Part shown: one piece after another, positions 44,756-53,806 of the stretch | How the letters are laid out: each line of letters starts with the position of its first letter | Numbering within the stretch: the first letter of the stretch is position 1 | DNA from: a virus | Lineage: Duplodnaviria > Heunggongvirae > Uroviricota > Caudoviricetes | DNA: 64,000 nt | Virus record (IMG/VR): IMGVR_UViG_3300042519_001716 | Direction: 5' to 3' (one strand) | Notes under the pieces: generated by a model | Databases searched by the model: none | Seen by the model: only the letters and a program-made list of their open reading frames with translations | Told to the model about the DNA's origin: nothing | Made by a program: the position numbers and the translations under genes

Positions 44756-46141
44756 TCAACGATTTATGATGTCATATTTTTCTTTTTCTGGTGAGACCAT
44801 AGAATATTTTAACATTTTCTTGCTTAAGATTTCAATAGCTGGTTCGAATTCTTGGGGCACTGTAGTGTTTGCTTTGGCTTTGTTTTGATTCAATAGTCCT
44901 CTTCTGTATTGTAAATTAATTCTTTTTTTATTTAAAGACATCGCCATATGAATATATAAAGCACCAACGTTAAATTGTTTGGCCATACAGTTTTTCATTA
45001 TCATCCCTTCTATTTTAAACTGATCTTCACTCAAAATAAGCATTGGTTTAAAAACTTGATTATCAATGATAATTTCCTGTTCCAGATCTTTTATCATTTC
45101 ATGGGGTATTGTGTATCTTAACTTATATCCAAGTTTAAAATGTTTTTTATATAGATCCCAGGTATCTTTCAATGTGATAAGCTGGTGTGATGAATTCGAT
45201 TTTAATTTGACAATCAGTCCATTTTGTTTTAAAAAATCTTTTAATGTATATAAATCAAATAATGTATTCAACACCCCATCATTAATATACGCTTCGATCT
45301 CCGAATATGTTTTCAACGATTTGGTAATGGCTTTCTTTTCTGCATCATTTTCACAAATAAATAATTTGTTTGATTTAATGTACTCCATACAAATAGTGTT
45401 CCACTCAAACTCCCTGAAATAATCCACGTAGTTTTCACCTAATAGTGTGCATAAAAAACGAAGAGATTTAAGATTTATTTTACATTTCTTTTCTTTAACC
45501 GATAGTGTGGAAATTAAAAATCTGGACTTAATCCCATATTGGTCTAAAACGGCAGGTAAAAACTTATTGTCATTAAGTTTCAACCATTTCTTTTTAGGAA
45601 ACACTTCACATATGTGCCAGTAAACATTATCATGCCCTTTGATTCCCTTTTTATCTAAATGATAATCAACGAGCATATCATATAGTGGGTTGATAGCTTG
45701 GTCTTTTTCGTATTCCTTACCTTCCAGATTGATTTTTAACTCCTTAACAATTGATTTATAAATTTCACTAATTGTTCTTTTATATTTTACACCCCAAAAA
45801 TTATATCTTTTCTCTCCACCATAAAAACCTCTTTGAGTAATTTCAATTAACATATCAAAATTATTCTTTTTTACTTTTGCGGTGTTTTGATATAGTTTAT
45901 GTGTGTTGTCTTTTTTATTGACCAATCGATATATAACAGTAAAATCTCCAGTATTTTTGTTTATGGTTAGGCCATGTTCGTAGGTTAGATAGTTCATTCT
46001 ACCAAGACGAAGATACTCAACATAAAATTCTGATGTAAAGATTAAGAAATCATCATCAGCTGCTAATTTTAATTTAGCTTCGCTTCGTAATGGTTTGTTT
46101 TTTTCATACTTCTCTTGTTCATAATAATGTAAAATTTCCAT
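44756..46141 (-). CDS. large hypothetical protein, paralog B of the tandem pair (degenerate metal-site motif)
   Basis: VFPKKKWLKLNDNKFLPAVLDQYGIKSRFLISTL aligns with paralog A; EGMIMKNCMAKQF replaces A's EGAHMHHCVATY. Confidence 0.55.
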   Translation of the reverse strand: MEILHYYEQEKYEKNKPLRSEAKLKLAADDDFLIFTSEFYVEYLRLGRMNYLTYEHGLTINKNTGDFTVIYRLVNKKDNTHKLYQNTAKVKKNNFDMLIEITQRGFYGGEKRYNFWGVKYKRTISEIYKSIVKELKINLEGKEYEKDQAINPLYDMLVDYHLDKKGIKGHDNVYWHICEVFPKKKWLKLNDNKFLPAVLDQYGIKSRFLISTLSVKEKKCKINLKSLRFLCTLLGENYVDYFREFEWNTICMEYIKSNKLFICENDAEKKAITKSLKTYSEIEAYINDGVLNTLFDLYTLKDFLKQNGLIVKLKSNSSHQLITLKDTWDLYKKHFKLGYKLRYTIPHEMIKDLEQEIIIDNQVFKPMLILSEDQFKIEGMIMKNCMAKQFNVGALYIHMAMSLNKKRINLQYRRGLLNQNKAKANTTVPQEFEPAIEILSKKMLKYSMVSPEKEKYDIINR

Positions 46142-46192
46142 CTATATAAGGGTTTACCTAAAATATAGACGAAAAAATTATATTATTAAACC

Positions 46193-48094
46193 CTAAAATT
46201 CTCGTTCATTGTCAAAGAGCATTCGGTATATAGCGTCTTGTTCCCTTTCTTTTATTTCAATTGTTTTACCGTTTATAACCAATGGTATTTTTTCTTTACC
46301 GGTTGATTTGATTGACCCACGATATGTTTCAATTCTATGTTTAAGTTTTTCAATGATCACTTCAAATCGTTCTGGTGGTTTTGCGTTACAATAATATTTG
46401 GCTTGAACCATTTTCTTTTGTAAATCGAATTCACAAGTTACTCTCTCATGACCTTCACTAGATTTCTCTCTGATTGATATAATAATACTATTATCTCTAT
46501 CAGCATATGTTGCAACACAATGATGCATGTGCGCACCTTCTTCAGTATATTCTGAATCGCTCTTAAGGATAACCGGATAAAAATCCTCACCATCTATAAG
46601 ATTAACCATTGATGGTTTAATAACGCTCTCAACATGTTTAATTAACTTATTGTCAAATGTGTATTGAATAGTATATCCTTTCTTTATTGATCTATCAATC
46701 TTGGATAATTCTAGGTGTTCATGATGAAAATCCATAAGTCCATTGCATTTGATTTCCATTTCAGGGATATGAACCCTGATCTTCGTTATTAAATCTAAAT
46801 GATCATTAAACTGTCTGATTTGATGTTTTATTGTTTGTGAATCATTCATTGCTGGTGATGAAATATTTATATCATTAAAAAACTCATTAATTAATTTTAA
46901 TAATACCGATCTTTCTGAATCTCTGATATCATATTCAAATTTATCATTTAAAATGGAGTACATTGATTCTATGTGATTTTGATCATCATATAAAATCCAA
47001 CTATTATCGAAATAGTAAGGAGATAAATTATGAATATACTTGTGTACGTTTGAATACCCAAAATACTTACCAAGCAGCGTCAGTTTACATAAATCTAATT
47101 TTGGGTTACTATGAAGTAATTTAATTAATGATTTAGTTTTAAGTCCCATTCTATCTAAAATAGAAACAACTAATTTATTATCATTGTTTTTTAAGTACTT
47201 TTTTGTTGGGTACCATCTTAAGATTAGATCCTCATAGTTGTTGGGAACTTTTATTTTATTAACCTGGATAAACAATTTAAGAAACCCTTTGTATGCGAAA
47301 TCAGTAATAGTTTTAGGGTCTACAAAATAACGTGAGTCTAGTTGTTGTGTTTTTGACGAAATGGTATGAAATAATATCTTGTTAAATTCAGAATCAACAA
47401 ATTGATTCAAGAATAACTCATTGATTTTGTCTGTGCGTCTAGGTTTAGATGTGGGGTTAAGAAACGAAAAATCATAAGTACACGCATTGGTTTCTTTTAA
47501 AAACTCCTTTAATATTTCTTGTAGATAAATAAAACTATTTTGTCTAATTTTCATTATATTCTTATCGCCACGGTATATAATAATATTACCTGTTTTTAAG
47601 TTCATGGTAACACCCATAGAATAAGTGCTCTTTCTAAAATATTTACAATTTAAATCTCGATACTTTTCAAAACGGCAAAATCTAATAGATATTTTTTCAT
47701 CAGACATACTGATGTTCCTCTCAAGTATTGTTGTTTTGACCTTAGCAAATGGGTCACCATAATATTTTTTTAATTTAGTTTCATCTTGTGTGTAGAACGT
47801 GCCGAGCCAATATAATTGAACCTTATCATCAGGTAAATCATCATCACAATAAAAAAACTTGGTATTTTTCTTTTTACTTCCTTTTTTATTATGTAAAAAC
47901 AATGTATCAGGAGTGGAAACCCGTTTTGATGTTATTGTTTCATCTAAAAAGAGAAATAGATCATCAATACCCGTTGTTTCTAATTGAATTGACGCCACTT
48001 TTTCTTTCTCCGGTCTAGATGATAAGGTGGAATAATCCCTATATAATGTGATTTCAAAGAAGTTAAATCTTTGTTTTAAGATGTTATTTACCAT
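46193..48094 (-). CDS. large hypothetical protein, paralog A (EEGAHMHHCVATY putative metal-binding motif)
   Basis: 633 aa; WYPTKKYLKNNDNKLVVSILDRMGLKTKSLIKLL shared block with paralog B. Confidence 0.55.
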   Translation of the reverse strand: MVNNILKQRFNFFEITLYRDYSTLSSRPEKEKVASIQLETTGIDDLFLFLDETITSKRVSTPDTLFLHNKKGSKKKNTKFFYCDDDLPDDKVQLYWLGTFYTQDETKLKKYYGDPFAKVKTTILERNISMSDEKISIRFCRFEKYRDLNCKYFRKSTYSMGVTMNLKTGNIIIYRGDKNIMKIRQNSFIYLQEILKEFLKETNACTYDFSFLNPTSKPRRTDKINELFLNQFVDSEFNKILFHTISSKTQQLDSRYFVDPKTITDFAYKGFLKLFIQVNKIKVPNNYEDLILRWYPTKKYLKNNDNKLVVSILDRMGLKTKSLIKLLHSNPKLDLCKLTLLGKYFGYSNVHKYIHNLSPYYFDNSWILYDDQNHIESMYSILNDKFEYDIRDSERSVLLKLINEFFNDINISSPAMNDSQTIKHQIRQFNDHLDLITKIRVHIPEMEIKCNGLMDFHHEHLELSKIDRSIKKGYTIQYTFDNKLIKHVESVIKPSMVNLIDGEDFYPVILKSDSEYTEEGAHMHHCVATYADRDNSIIISIREKSSEGHERVTCEFDLQKKMVQAKYYCNAKPPERFEVIIEKLKHRIETYRGSIKSTGKEKIPLVINGKTIEIKEREQDAIYRMLFDNEREF

Positions 48095-48162
48095 AGTATT
48101 TTAAATTATTAACAAATATATAATAGTTTTCCGAATAATTATAAAAAATAAAGAATAATTTT

Positions 48163-48291
48163 ATGGCAAAAGCAAAAGGAAGTTCTTCTGCAATGAAGAT
48201 ATCATTTGGTAAAAAAACAAGAGGTAAAGCTCGTAAATGTTACGGACCAAAGGATCAAAAACCAAAGAAATATAGAGGTCAGGGACGTTAA
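48163..48291 (+). CDS. possible very basic 42-aa peptide (below track cutoff)
   Basis: manual translation MAKAKGSSSAMKISFGKKTRGKARKCYGPKDQKPKKYRGQGR in an intergenic gap; speculative. Confidence 0.2.
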   Translation: MAKAKGSSSAMKISFGKKTRGKARKCYGPKDQKPKKYRGQGR

Positions 48292-48785
48292 TCTAATCGA
48301 CCAGCACCTTTATATCCACTAAGATAACGGGGTTCAAGTAAGCTACTTACTTTGACCCCTTCATCTTTATTTGCTGAGTGAACAAACATATCCATACCTA
48401 AGTAAACTCCGCAATGCCAACCGCTTGGGCTTTGCTTACTTCTAAAGAAGACAATATCACCAACCATTAATGAATCTTTAGGTATTCTTTTGGTTTCTTT
48501 CCACTGAGCAGCACAGTTTTCACCTAATTTCCTACCATATACCTCCCAGTATAATTTCTTACTGAACTGGGAGCAGTCAATACCTTTCATTGTAGATCCG
48601 CCTAAACGATACTTGACACCATACCATCTCATTACAAACGAAGACAATGGAGTCATTTCTACATTGTTTTCTTTATTGTAAGTGACATAATCTGAAAACT
48701 GATTTTGTGCGTTGGATGAATAATAAGTTAATCCTAACAATAGTGTTAACGTAACCGATAATAAATTAGTTTTATTTTGTCTCAT
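48288..48785 (-). CDS. secreted NlpC/P60 cell-wall peptidase (endolysin candidate)
   Basis: signal peptide MRQNKTNLLSVTLTLLLGLTYYSSNAQ; GIDCSQF catalytic Cys and GWHCGVYLG His blocks. Confidence 0.7.
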   Translation of the reverse strand: MRQNKTNLLSVTLTLLLGLTYYSSNAQNQFSDYVTYNKENNVEMTPLSSFVMRWYGVKYRLGGSTMKGIDCSQFSKKLYWEVYGRKLGENCAAQWKETKRIPKDSLMVGDIVFFRSKQSPSGWHCGVYLGMDMFVHSANKDEGVKVSSLLEPRYLSGYKGAGRLD

Positions 48786-49087
48786 AATATTGATAATAAA
48801 TAATATGACAGTTTGTAGCCAGCAAATGCACCCAAGGCCGATGGTATTGGAAATACAATTAACTTACCCAAATCTGTTACATATTTTGGTCTATTAACTA
48901 TTTTACCCATAAAGAAGTAATAAGTTAAATAACCGATTAATACTGCGATGTCCGTTCTAGTTGCTATAAAGACAACTAAGGTTGCACCGATAAACCCAAA
49001 TGTAAAATTATCTCTAACACCTTCCCAGATTTCTAACCATGTGGCATTTTTCCATTCTTTGTATATTTTTTGTGTTTGTTTTCTCAT
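48782..49087 (-). CDS. holin-like membrane protein
   Basis: 2-3 TM helices, 101 aa, 4-nt overlap with downstream NlpC/P60 gene. Confidence 0.4.
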   Translation of the reverse strand: MRKQTQKIYKEWKNATWLEIWEGVRDNFTFGFIGATLVVFIATRTDIAVLIGYLTYYFFMGKIVNRPKYVTDLGKLIVFPIPSALGAFAGYKLSYYLLSIL

Positions 49088-49336
49088 TTAATTTACTAAC
49101 GGTATTTTTATGTTTATAGTAATACCTGCTCTACCTGCTGATATATCATATGTGTTCTGTCGGTTATCATTTATCCATCCATACTTATTAAATCTGAATA
49201 TGATTACCAATTTACCTTCAAAAACGGCATAAATTGCATTATCCGCATAATCTATTGATGGGTGTATAATGTGGCCTAATTTCCAAGACTCTCTGAATTC
49301 TTCTTCTAATTCATCGGGTGTAATGTGAATGAACAT
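49088..49336 (-). CDS. hypothetical protein
   Basis: ORF track, 82 aa. Confidence 0.45.
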   Translation of the reverse strand: MFIHITPDELEEEFRESWKLGHIIHPSIDYADNAIYAVFEGKLVIIFRFNKYGWINDNRQNTYDISAGRAGITINIKIPLVN

Positions 49337-49337
49337 A

Positions 49338-50501
49338 TTAATTACTTAATGGTGCTTTTATTGCTGGGTGTGATTGATAATTTTCCAATATTACATCATG
49401 ATCTCCAAATGAAAATATACCATCTCTAACATGTACTGTTGGTAGATTGAATGGTTCTCTTTTTATTTGTTCCTTAGCTTGTTCAATATGGTTTGAATAT
49501 AAATGCACATCACCTAAATTACCAATTAATTCATCGGGAACCATATTCATTTCATCCGCAATCATTTTTAATAATAAACCATAAGACGCTATGTTGAACG
49601 GTAACCCTAAGAATGTATCAACTGAACGTTGGTTCCACATTAGTGAGATTGCCCTTTTAGGAATATTGTATACTTGTAATTCTTCTCTTAATCCACCACC
49701 GAATGGAACAATGTCATCAACCATCAATTGAAACTTCTCTTCTCCTACTTTTTTCTTTAATAAATCCCACATCTCTTCTCCCGTTAATTTTCTAGTGTAT
49801 ACTTGAAACCCATAATGACAAGGCGGAAGAACCATATGTTCTAACTCACCAACATTCCAAGCACTTACCATCAATCGTCTTGAGTCTGGGTTTGTTTTAA
49901 GTTCATCAATTAAGTTTTGAATTTGGTCAATTGTTTTATCACCCTCAACATATGTATCGTTTCCAGTTAATGGATCTTTCAACGTGGTCTTAATTAATGT
50001 TTTGGTGTTCCACTGTCTCCACTGTGCACCATATATGGGACCTAACTCACCCCACTCTTCGGCAAATTCGTCATCTGTTTTAATTCTTTCAATGAATTCT
50101 TCTTGAGTTAATGGTGTTAAGTCATCAGGATTACTAAACATAATTTCAATATGTGGTTGCATTCCCATTATGTCACCACACATATATCCATCAATAAGTT
50201 CAGTTACTTCTTTAGTGTAGTTCTTGTAAGCATCACCATTCCAAATGTTACATCCGTTCATAACTAGATACTTGATGTTGGTGCTCCCACTTAAAAACCA
50301 AATTAACTCGGTCACCATTGTCTTCCAAGCCATCTTCTTAGTTGTAAGTAATGGGAACCCTTGTGACATTCTATGCCGAATTTGTCTACCAAATACTGAA
50401 ATGGTACCTGTACCAGTCCTATCACTTTTTGTGATACCATTATCTAAAATATCTTGTAATAATTCTTGATATTTTGAATCCAATGTATTCATATTTCTCA
50501 T
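49338..50501 (-). CDS. thyA: thymidylate synthase (ThyA family) with two internal insertions
   Basis: DRTGTGT, PCHY catalytic Cys, GLPFNIASY (Asn retained), GDVHLYSNH; ~45- and ~35-aa in-frame insertions relative to E. coli ThyA. Confidence 0.85.
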   Translation of the reverse strand: MRNMNTLDSKYQELLQDILDNGITKSDRTGTGTISVFGRQIRHRMSQGFPLLTTKKMAWKTMVTELIWFLSGSTNIKYLVMNGCNIWNGDAYKNYTKEVTELIDGYMCGDIMGMQPHIEIMFSNPDDLTPLTQEEFIERIKTDDEFAEEWGELGPIYGAQWRQWNTKTLIKTTLKDPLTGNDTYVEGDKTIDQIQNLIDELKTNPDSRRLMVSAWNVGELEHMVLPPCHYGFQVYTRKLTGEEMWDLLKKKVGEEKFQLMVDDIVPFGGGLREELQVYNIPKRAISLMWNQRSVDTFLGLPFNIASYGLLLKMIADEMNMVPDELIGNLGDVHLYSNHIEQAKEQIKREPFNLPTVHVRDGIFSFGDHDVILENYQSHPAIKAPLSN

Positions 50502-50863
50502 TCCAGTATTTTTAATGTTTTTTTATTATCTCTTTCAAGCTCATGTGAATAATGTTCTCTCATGCCGACTATTCTATGAAAATCTTTATATGCATCATTA
50601 TGATAATATTTTAAATAACTAACCCCTGATTCATATTGTGAGATAATACTTTGATAGTGTTGTTCTTGAGAATCAAAAGTACTCTCCTCAATTAATATCT
50701 TGGATTCTAACTCACAAATCACATTTTGTAGTGAGTCCTCTTTAGACACAAGAATTGGTTCTGGTACCATATCATGCGGCTTCCTGATTGCTGTTATCAC
50801 TAACAAGATAATGATAACAACACCACCAGTAATTCTTATTAATAAATCTTTTTTATTTCCCAT
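50498..50863 (-). CDS. membrane-anchored protein
   Basis: N-terminal TM helix; ATGA overlap with thyA. Confidence 0.45.
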   Translation of the reverse strand: MGNKKDLLIRITGGVVIIILLVITAIRKPHDMVPEPILVSKEDSLQNVICELESKILIEESTFDSQEQHYQSIISQYESGVSYLKYYHNDAYKDFHRIVGMREHYSHELERDNKKTLKILE

Positions 50864-51068
50864 TTTTGTAATAAATGTTTTTTTGAATTTGTATCCCCAT
50901 AAAAAAGGTTAACCACCTTAATGAAATTCCGAAAGCGGGTGAAGATACCCCGGTTTCATAAAACTCTTCTTTATTATAGAAAACAATAATGGCAGGAATA
51001 AGAAACCAATGATATTTTTTTCGATATATAAAAAAATCGGTATGATATTTTGGTTCTCTATTCGTCAT
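50853..51068 (-). CDS. hypothetical protein
   Basis: ORF track, 71 aa. Confidence 0.4.
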   Translation of the reverse strand: MTNREPKYHTDFFIYRKKYHWFLIPAIIVFYNKEEFYETGVSSPAFGISLRWLTFFMGIQIQKNIYYKNGK

Positions 51069-51348
51069 AGTTTCCGGTTGTTCTTCTTAATAAACGATCC
51101 ACATCATCTTCTTTTTCTTTAAGTTCGATCATACGAATATAATAACAATCAGCATTCGCATTAGAGTTTGCTGTTTTTATATTCTTCTCAAACCATTTAC
51201 TAAACCATTTACCTTTGTAAGTTAAAACTTGACATCTTTCAGAAAATTCTTCTGCATCTGATTGATCTAGTAAACCTTCACTTACTAATTTGTTCAGTAC
51301 AATGTCTTTAACCTTGTTGTAATTCTCCATCTCCGCTGTTAGATCCAT
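51058..51348 (-). CDS. hypothetical protein
   Basis: ORF track, 96 aa. Confidence 0.45.
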   Translation of the reverse strand: MDLTAEMENYNKVKDIVLNKLVSEGLLDQSDAEEFSERCQVLTYKGKWFSKWFEKNIKTANSNANADCYYIRMIELKEKEDDVDRLLRRTTGNYDE

Positions 51349-51538
51349 TTTCTTTTTGTTTTAAGTTTTTTAAACATTTGTATATAACGTGACTTTCCAC
51401 TATGCTAAATCTATCATTACAACCATCTAAGGCTATTTCTAATAGCTTGATAGCTAGTGTGTTATCCATTTTGTCTAATAGGGAATCCAAGTCCGATTCG
51501 TTCTTAAATTCCAATAAATCATTAAAAATTGCTGGCAT
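51308..51538 (-). CDS. hypothetical protein
   Basis: ORF track, 76 aa. Confidence 0.4.
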   Translation of the reverse strand: MPAIFNDLLEFKNESDLDSLLDKMDNTLAIKLLEIALDGCNDRFSIVESHVIYKCLKNLKQKENGSNSGDGELQQG

Positions 51539-51590
51539 AGGACAATATTAAGTAAAAAAAATTAAAAAAACAAATACTGTATTTATTATT

Positions 51591-51947
51591 ATGGAATTAA
51601 GAGTAAATGGTAATAGTTTTCCAGTCGAAATGCTAACACATCCTGATGATATTCAAAAGGGTATGATGGGTAGGGAAAATCTAGATGGTTGTATGGGATT
51701 CAAACTAAAGAAGGGGTTCCATAGTTTCTATATGAAAGACTGTTTAATACCATTGGACATTATATTTGTGTTAAATGGTCGAATTAATAAGATCTTTAGG
51801 GACTGTCAGCCTTGCTCTGATGTTGATTGCGCCCATTTTACCGCAGCTGCGGATCATGTGTTTGAATTCCCTTCTGGTACTTGTTCAGACTTTAGTGAGG
51901 GAGACACAGCAAATCTTTATTTAGGAACAAAAAATAATCCGGTTTAG
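51591..51947 (+). CDS. DUF192-like protein
   Basis: FYMKDCLIPLDIIFV resembles the DUF192 (COG1430) core. Confidence 0.45.
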   Translation: MELRVNGNSFPVEMLTHPDDIQKGMMGRENLDGCMGFKLKKGFHSFYMKDCLIPLDIIFVLNGRINKIFRDCQPCSDVDCAHFTAAADHVFEFPSGTCSDFSEGDTANLYLGTKNNPV

Positions 51948-52248
51948 GATTTGTTTTTTTCTTTTTTTTACCTATATTTTATAAAGAAAATAATCAAATA
52001 AATATTTATATAAAAACATACAACTATGGGATGCGGATGTAAAAAAAAGAATGAAGACCAGCCAGTTCAGGGCCAAACTGAACCAACACCACCACCAACG
52101 CCGGAGGTTCAACAAGAACAAGTTATCCAAGTGGCGGTAGCTCTTCGAGAAATGATTGAAAATAAAGAACTTTAAGATTGATTATAGCGGATACTTTGTG
52201 TCCGTTATTTTTTACTCTTAGAGTATATAAGAATATATATTTTTAAAT

Positions 52249-52446
52249 ATGAAAGGAAACACTAAATTAACAAGTGTAACCGTCTTAGATGACGTTTACA
52301 AAAAATTCAAAGTCAAAATTATTGACGGTAGTATTAATTTTCAGAAACTGGTAAACAGATCTATGGATTTATACAATAAGAGCGAGGACTTCAGAAAACA
52401 AGTTGATAATCACGAGAGTCTAGCTTCGACAGGATCAAAGTTTTAA
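52249..52446 (+). CDS. hypothetical protein
   Basis: ORF track, 65 aa, first gene of + strand block. Confidence 0.4.
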   Translation: MKGNTKLTSVTVLDDVYKKFKVKIIDGSINFQKLVNRSMDLYNKSEDFRKQVDNHESLASTGSKF

Positions 52447-52450
52447 ATTA

Positions 52451-53806
52451 ATGAAAAAAAAGATTTTATTATTATCTGATGATTTAAGAATGACATCTGG
52501 AATCGCAACTATGTCAAAGGAAATTGTTATGGGAACAATTGATAAGTATGATTGGATACAACTAGGCGCAGCAATATCACATCCAGAGATTGGAAAAATT
52601 GTTGATGTTAATGATGATATCAGAAAGAGAACAGGTGTTGAAGACGCTAATCTTAAGATAATTCCATACAATGGTTATGGTGATATTAACATCCTTAGAA
52701 AGTTAATAAATGAAGAAAAGCCAGATGCTATCTTACACTTCACCGATCCGCATTATTGGCAATGGTTATATGATAATGAACATGAGATCAGACAACACAC
52801 ACCAATATTATATTATCACATATGGGATGATTTACCAGACCCACAATACAATAGAGATGTTTTTGAATCTTGTGATTGGTTAGGTTGTATATCTAAACAA
52901 ACATATGGAATTGTACATCGTGTTGGTAAGAGAACTGATAAAGTAACATTCAAACCATTGGAAGATTGGCAGATAAGTTATGTTCCACATGGTATCAATC
53001 CAGAAACATTTAAACCACTGGATAAAGTTTCAGATGAAATAAAAAATATTATCTTTGGTGATAAGAAGTATGATTTTGTTTTATTTTTTAACAGTAGAAA
53101 CATTAGAAGGAAACAACCAAGTGATGTTATCTATTCATTTAAATTGTTTTGTGATCAACTACCAAAAGAAAAAGCAGATAAGTGTTTATTATTAATGCAC
53201 ACAGCCGCTGTTGATGAGAACGGAACAGACTTACCAGCAGTTATCGAAGCTCTTTGTCCATATGATGTTAAGTTCACAGGATTAAAGTTAGAACAAGATA
53301 AGTTAAATGAAATATATAACCTAGTTGATTGTACTATCAACATCGCTAACAATGAAGGGTTTGGTTTAACAACAGCAGAATCATTGATGGCTGGTACACC
53401 AATTATTGTTAATGTGACTGGTGGCTTACAAGATCAATGTGGATTTGAATATAGTGCAGATGATTATATTTCAGTTGGAACGTTACATAATAAAAAAGTA
53501 CACAGCTCAATATCACATGGCGAATGGGTAGAACCGATTTGGTCATCAGCTATAAATTTAAATGGATCTGTACCAACCCCATACATTTTTGATGACAGGG
53601 TAAACGATGATGATGTTGCAAATGTTATCATGAAGATGTATAAGATAGGTAAGAAAAAAAGAAAAGCAAGAGGTTTGCTAGGTAGAGAGTTTATGATTAA
53701 CAATCTATCAAATAAAATAATGTGTGATAAAATGTCTGAAGGGATTGAGCAAGCAATCAGTAACTTCAAGCCGAGAAAGAAATTTGATTTATATAAAATT
53801 ATATGA
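52451..53806 (+). CDS. GT4-family (GT-B) glycosyltransferase
   Basis: NEGFGLTTAESLMAGTPIIVNVTGG matches the retaining GT4 E-x7-E/donor-binding signature. Confidence 0.6.
   Translation: MKKKILLLSDDLRMTSGIATMSKEIVMGTIDKYDWIQLGAAISHPEIGKIVDVNDDIRKRTGVEDANLKIIPYNGYGDINILRKLINEEKPDAILHFTDPHYWQWLYDNEHEIRQHTPILYYHIWDDLPDPQYNRDVFESCDWLGCISKQTYGIVHRVGKRTDKVTFKPLEDWQISYVPHGINPETFKPLDKVSDEIKNIIFGDKKYDFVLFFNSRNIRRKQPSDVIYSFKLFCDQLPKEKADKCLLLMHTAAVDENGTDLPAVIEALCPYDVKFTGLKLEQDKLNEIYNLVDCTINIANNEGFGLTTAESLMAGTPIIVNVTGGLQDQCGFEYSADDYISVGTLHNKKVHSSISHGEWVEPIWSSAINLNGSVPTPYIFDDRVNDDDVANVIMKMYKIGKKKRKARGLLGREFMINNLSNKIMCDKMSEGIEQAISNFKPRKKFDLYKII

Noticed and set aside
46193-48094. DEDD exonuclease call for paralog A based on IQLETTGIDD
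   Set aside because: Only the short LETTG string matches. No Exo II or Exo III motifs follow, so it is probably a chance resemblance.
49338-50501. Inteins or a group I intron in thyA (by analogy with T4 td)
   Set aside because: The two extra segments are in-frame, only about 35-45 aa, and lack intein splicing motifs. The ORF is uninterrupted, so there is no evidence for an intron.
52026-52175. Short + strand ORF MGCGCKKKNEDQ... (49 aa) between DUF192-like gene and the glycan operon
   Set aside because: It is below the size cutoff, Pro/Gln-rich and lacks supporting features. It is noted only because the MGCGC N-terminus resembles an acylation motif.
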